From NCBI GenBank assembly GCA_001781125.1, contig MFKT01000021.1:5178-69177 (forward strand): a stretch of DNA of 64,000 bases. Direction: 5' to 3'. The stretch comes from Candidatus Kaiserbacteria bacterium RIFCSPHIGHO2_01_FULL_53_29 (GTDB lineage: Bacteria; Patescibacteriota; Minisyncoccia; Phycocordibacterales; UBA2100). Shown here piece by piece: positions 62,488 through 64,000 of this stretch. Position 1 is the first letter of the stretch. Each line of letters starts with the position of its first letter. The notes below the pieces were generated by a model, which had not been told where the DNA came from, did no database searches, and saw only the letters and a program-made list of their open reading frames with translations. Position numbers and translations under genes: made by a program.

Positions 62488-63480
62488 ATGTCCGTTCGAG
62501 CAGTTTCCACGCCAAATATCGCCCTTATTAAATATTGGAGCAATCGTAATGAAGAATTGCGTTTGCCAGCCGCAGATTCGCTCTCGATGACACTCGACCG
62601 ACCGACGGTCGAAGTTGTCGTCGAATATGCGGAGCGATTCACTGCTCGCAGTTTCGAACCGGACGGTACGGCACGCATTCTCACCGACAAGGAGAGTAAG
62701 CGACTGGAGAAGCACTTCCTTCTCGTAAAAAAATATCTTGACACGATCGGCGCGGCTGTATTTCCTGCTTCCGTTTCGCTCGAAATCCGCTCAAAGATCC
62801 CCAAAAGTGTCGGTCTCGCCTCATCGGCGGCAGTCTTTAGTGTTCTTGCAGAAGCCTATGGGAGCTTTGCTAAAAAATTGTCGCGGCGCGATGTCAGTAT
62901 TCTCGCGCGTCTCGGCTCCGGCTCGGCGAGCCGGAGCGTCTTTGGAGGATTCGTTGCGATGATAGCCGGAGAGGGCGAGACAATCGGTGCCTCGTATGCG
63001 GAGCAAGTCGCACCGGAAAATCACTGGAAATTATGGGATATCATCATCGTGCCATCCCACAAGGAGAAAGAAACGGGATCCACCGAAGGCCACGCGCTCG
63101 CACGCACGAGCCCGCTTTTTGAAGCGCGGCTTCGGGAAATTCCCAATCGCCAAAAAATGTGTATTGAAGCGATCCGGCAAAAAGATTTTGAGAAACTTCA
63201 AAGAGTTGCTGAAGAAGACTGCCTTGATATGCACGCGGTCATGGCCTCGAGCACCCCATCGCTTCAGTATCTCTCCGAGGAGACGCATCGCATCATCCGC
63301 GACGTTGAGGAACTCCGAACTCGCGAGCATCTGGCAGTGCTCTACACCATGGACGCCGGCCCCACCGTGCATCTCATTTGCGACGAAAGCGCACTGCCGA
63401 GCGTGCGTGCGTATGCCCATACGCAGAAGGACTGCACGGTCTTTGAGGCTAGCATCGGAAGGGGATCACATACTTTGTGA
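62488..63480 (+). CDS. mvaD: Diphosphomevalonate decarboxylase
   Basis: NIALIKYW, SLS.TL, GLASSAA, ARLGSGSASRS.FGGF, T.DAGP.VH. Confidence 0.93.
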   Translation: MSVRAVSTPNIALIKYWSNRNEELRLPAADSLSMTLDRPTVEVVVEYAERFTARSFEPDGTARILTDKESKRLEKHFLLVKKYLDTIGAAVFPASVSLEIRSKIPKSVGLASSAAVFSVLAEAYGSFAKKLSRRDVSILARLGSGSASRSVFGGFVAMIAGEGETIGASYAEQVAPENHWKLWDIIIVPSHKEKETGSTEGHALARTSPLFEARLREIPNRQKMCIEAIRQKDFEKLQRVAEEDCLDMHAVMASSTPSLQYLSEETHRIIRDVEELRTREHLAVLYTMDAGPTVHLICDESALPSVRAYAHTQKDCTVFEASIGRGSHTL

Positions 63481-63502
63481 TTCTTCGCTATAATCGGGCT
63501 GC

Positions 63503-64000
63503 ATGGATATACGCAATCTTCCGGTAGATCTCGACGCTTTCGGGCGCGTCTCGAAGCGGCGTGCTCTGATCGAAAAAGAATTGGATATTGATCTCTCTGC
63601 ACTGCAGATCTCTTCCCGACAGATCGGCACTGCCGATGAAAAAAACTGCGAGCAGATGTTTGGAGCGGTTCCGATACCGATCGGACTCGCTGGCCCGCTT
63701 CTCATCCATTTCAGTACAGGGGAAGAGCACTCCGTGTACTTGCCGCTTGCGACGACCGAAGGTGCTTTGGTTGCAAGTATTAATCGCGGATGCAAAGCGC
63801 TGACGGAAGCGGGCGGCGTCCGTGTTGCATCCGAATACGTCGGTATCACGCGCTCGATTGCATTTGAAGTCAAGGATGGAAAAGAAATCTCCGGAAAAAT
63901 CCGCGAACGTGAAGAAGAATGGAAAAAGATCGCGGAAGCGACGAGCAGTCACCTAAAGATACTTTCCTATGAGATCGATACGCGTGAAGATGTTTTGTTC
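63503..64000 (+). CDS. HMG-CoA reductase, class I-like (5' part; runs off the window)
   Basis: Manual translation gives NCEQMFGAVPIPIGLAGPL, PLATTEGALVASINRGCK, GITR. Confidence 0.92.
   Translation, partial: MDIRNLPVDLDAFGRVSKRRALIEKELDIDLSALQISSRQIGTADEKNCEQMFGAVPIPIGLAGPLLIHFSTGEEHSVYLPLATTEGALVASINRGCKALTEAGGVRVASEYVGITRSIAFEVKDGKEISGKIREREEEWKKIAEATSSHLKILSYEIDTREDVLF

Overview
A gene-dense bacterial chromosomal segment. Gene content and style suggest Patescibacteria/CPR, Parcubacteria-like; this taxonomy is inference only. In order: a secreted/surface-protein locus (CSLREA protein, large HYR/DUF11/PG-binding protein, processive GT2, subtilase, CAP protein, collagen-like protein); a type IV pilus cluster; an alpha-glucan/hexose cluster; a thymidylate/folate cluster; a partial de novo purine operon; an ABC transporter; a two-component pair; a SWIB protein plus ParE-type toxin-antitoxin module; glnA-amtB; uppS and mevalonate genes. 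No rRNA, tRNA or CRISPR array was seen. Best candidates for new biology: (1) a thymidylate cluster whose ThyA carries Asp at the dUMP/dCMP specificity position (E. coli Asn177) and whose Dcd-like protein lacks the catalytic Glu, next to a dCMP-deaminase-like gene, tmk, folA and glyA, suggesting a dCMP -> 5-methyl-dCMP -> dTMP route; (2) several families of miniature palindromic elements with 4-bp target duplications that insert in frame or at start codons and rebuild them, together with two hairpin-flanked Y1/RAYT transposases and an inverted-repeat-flanked PaaX/Cas2-like gene; (3) two cargo cassettes bounded by synonymously diverged duplicate gene tails; (4) a TG-containing repeat shared by three adjacent secreted proteins. 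All alignments were done by eye from recalled reference motifs; no searches were run.
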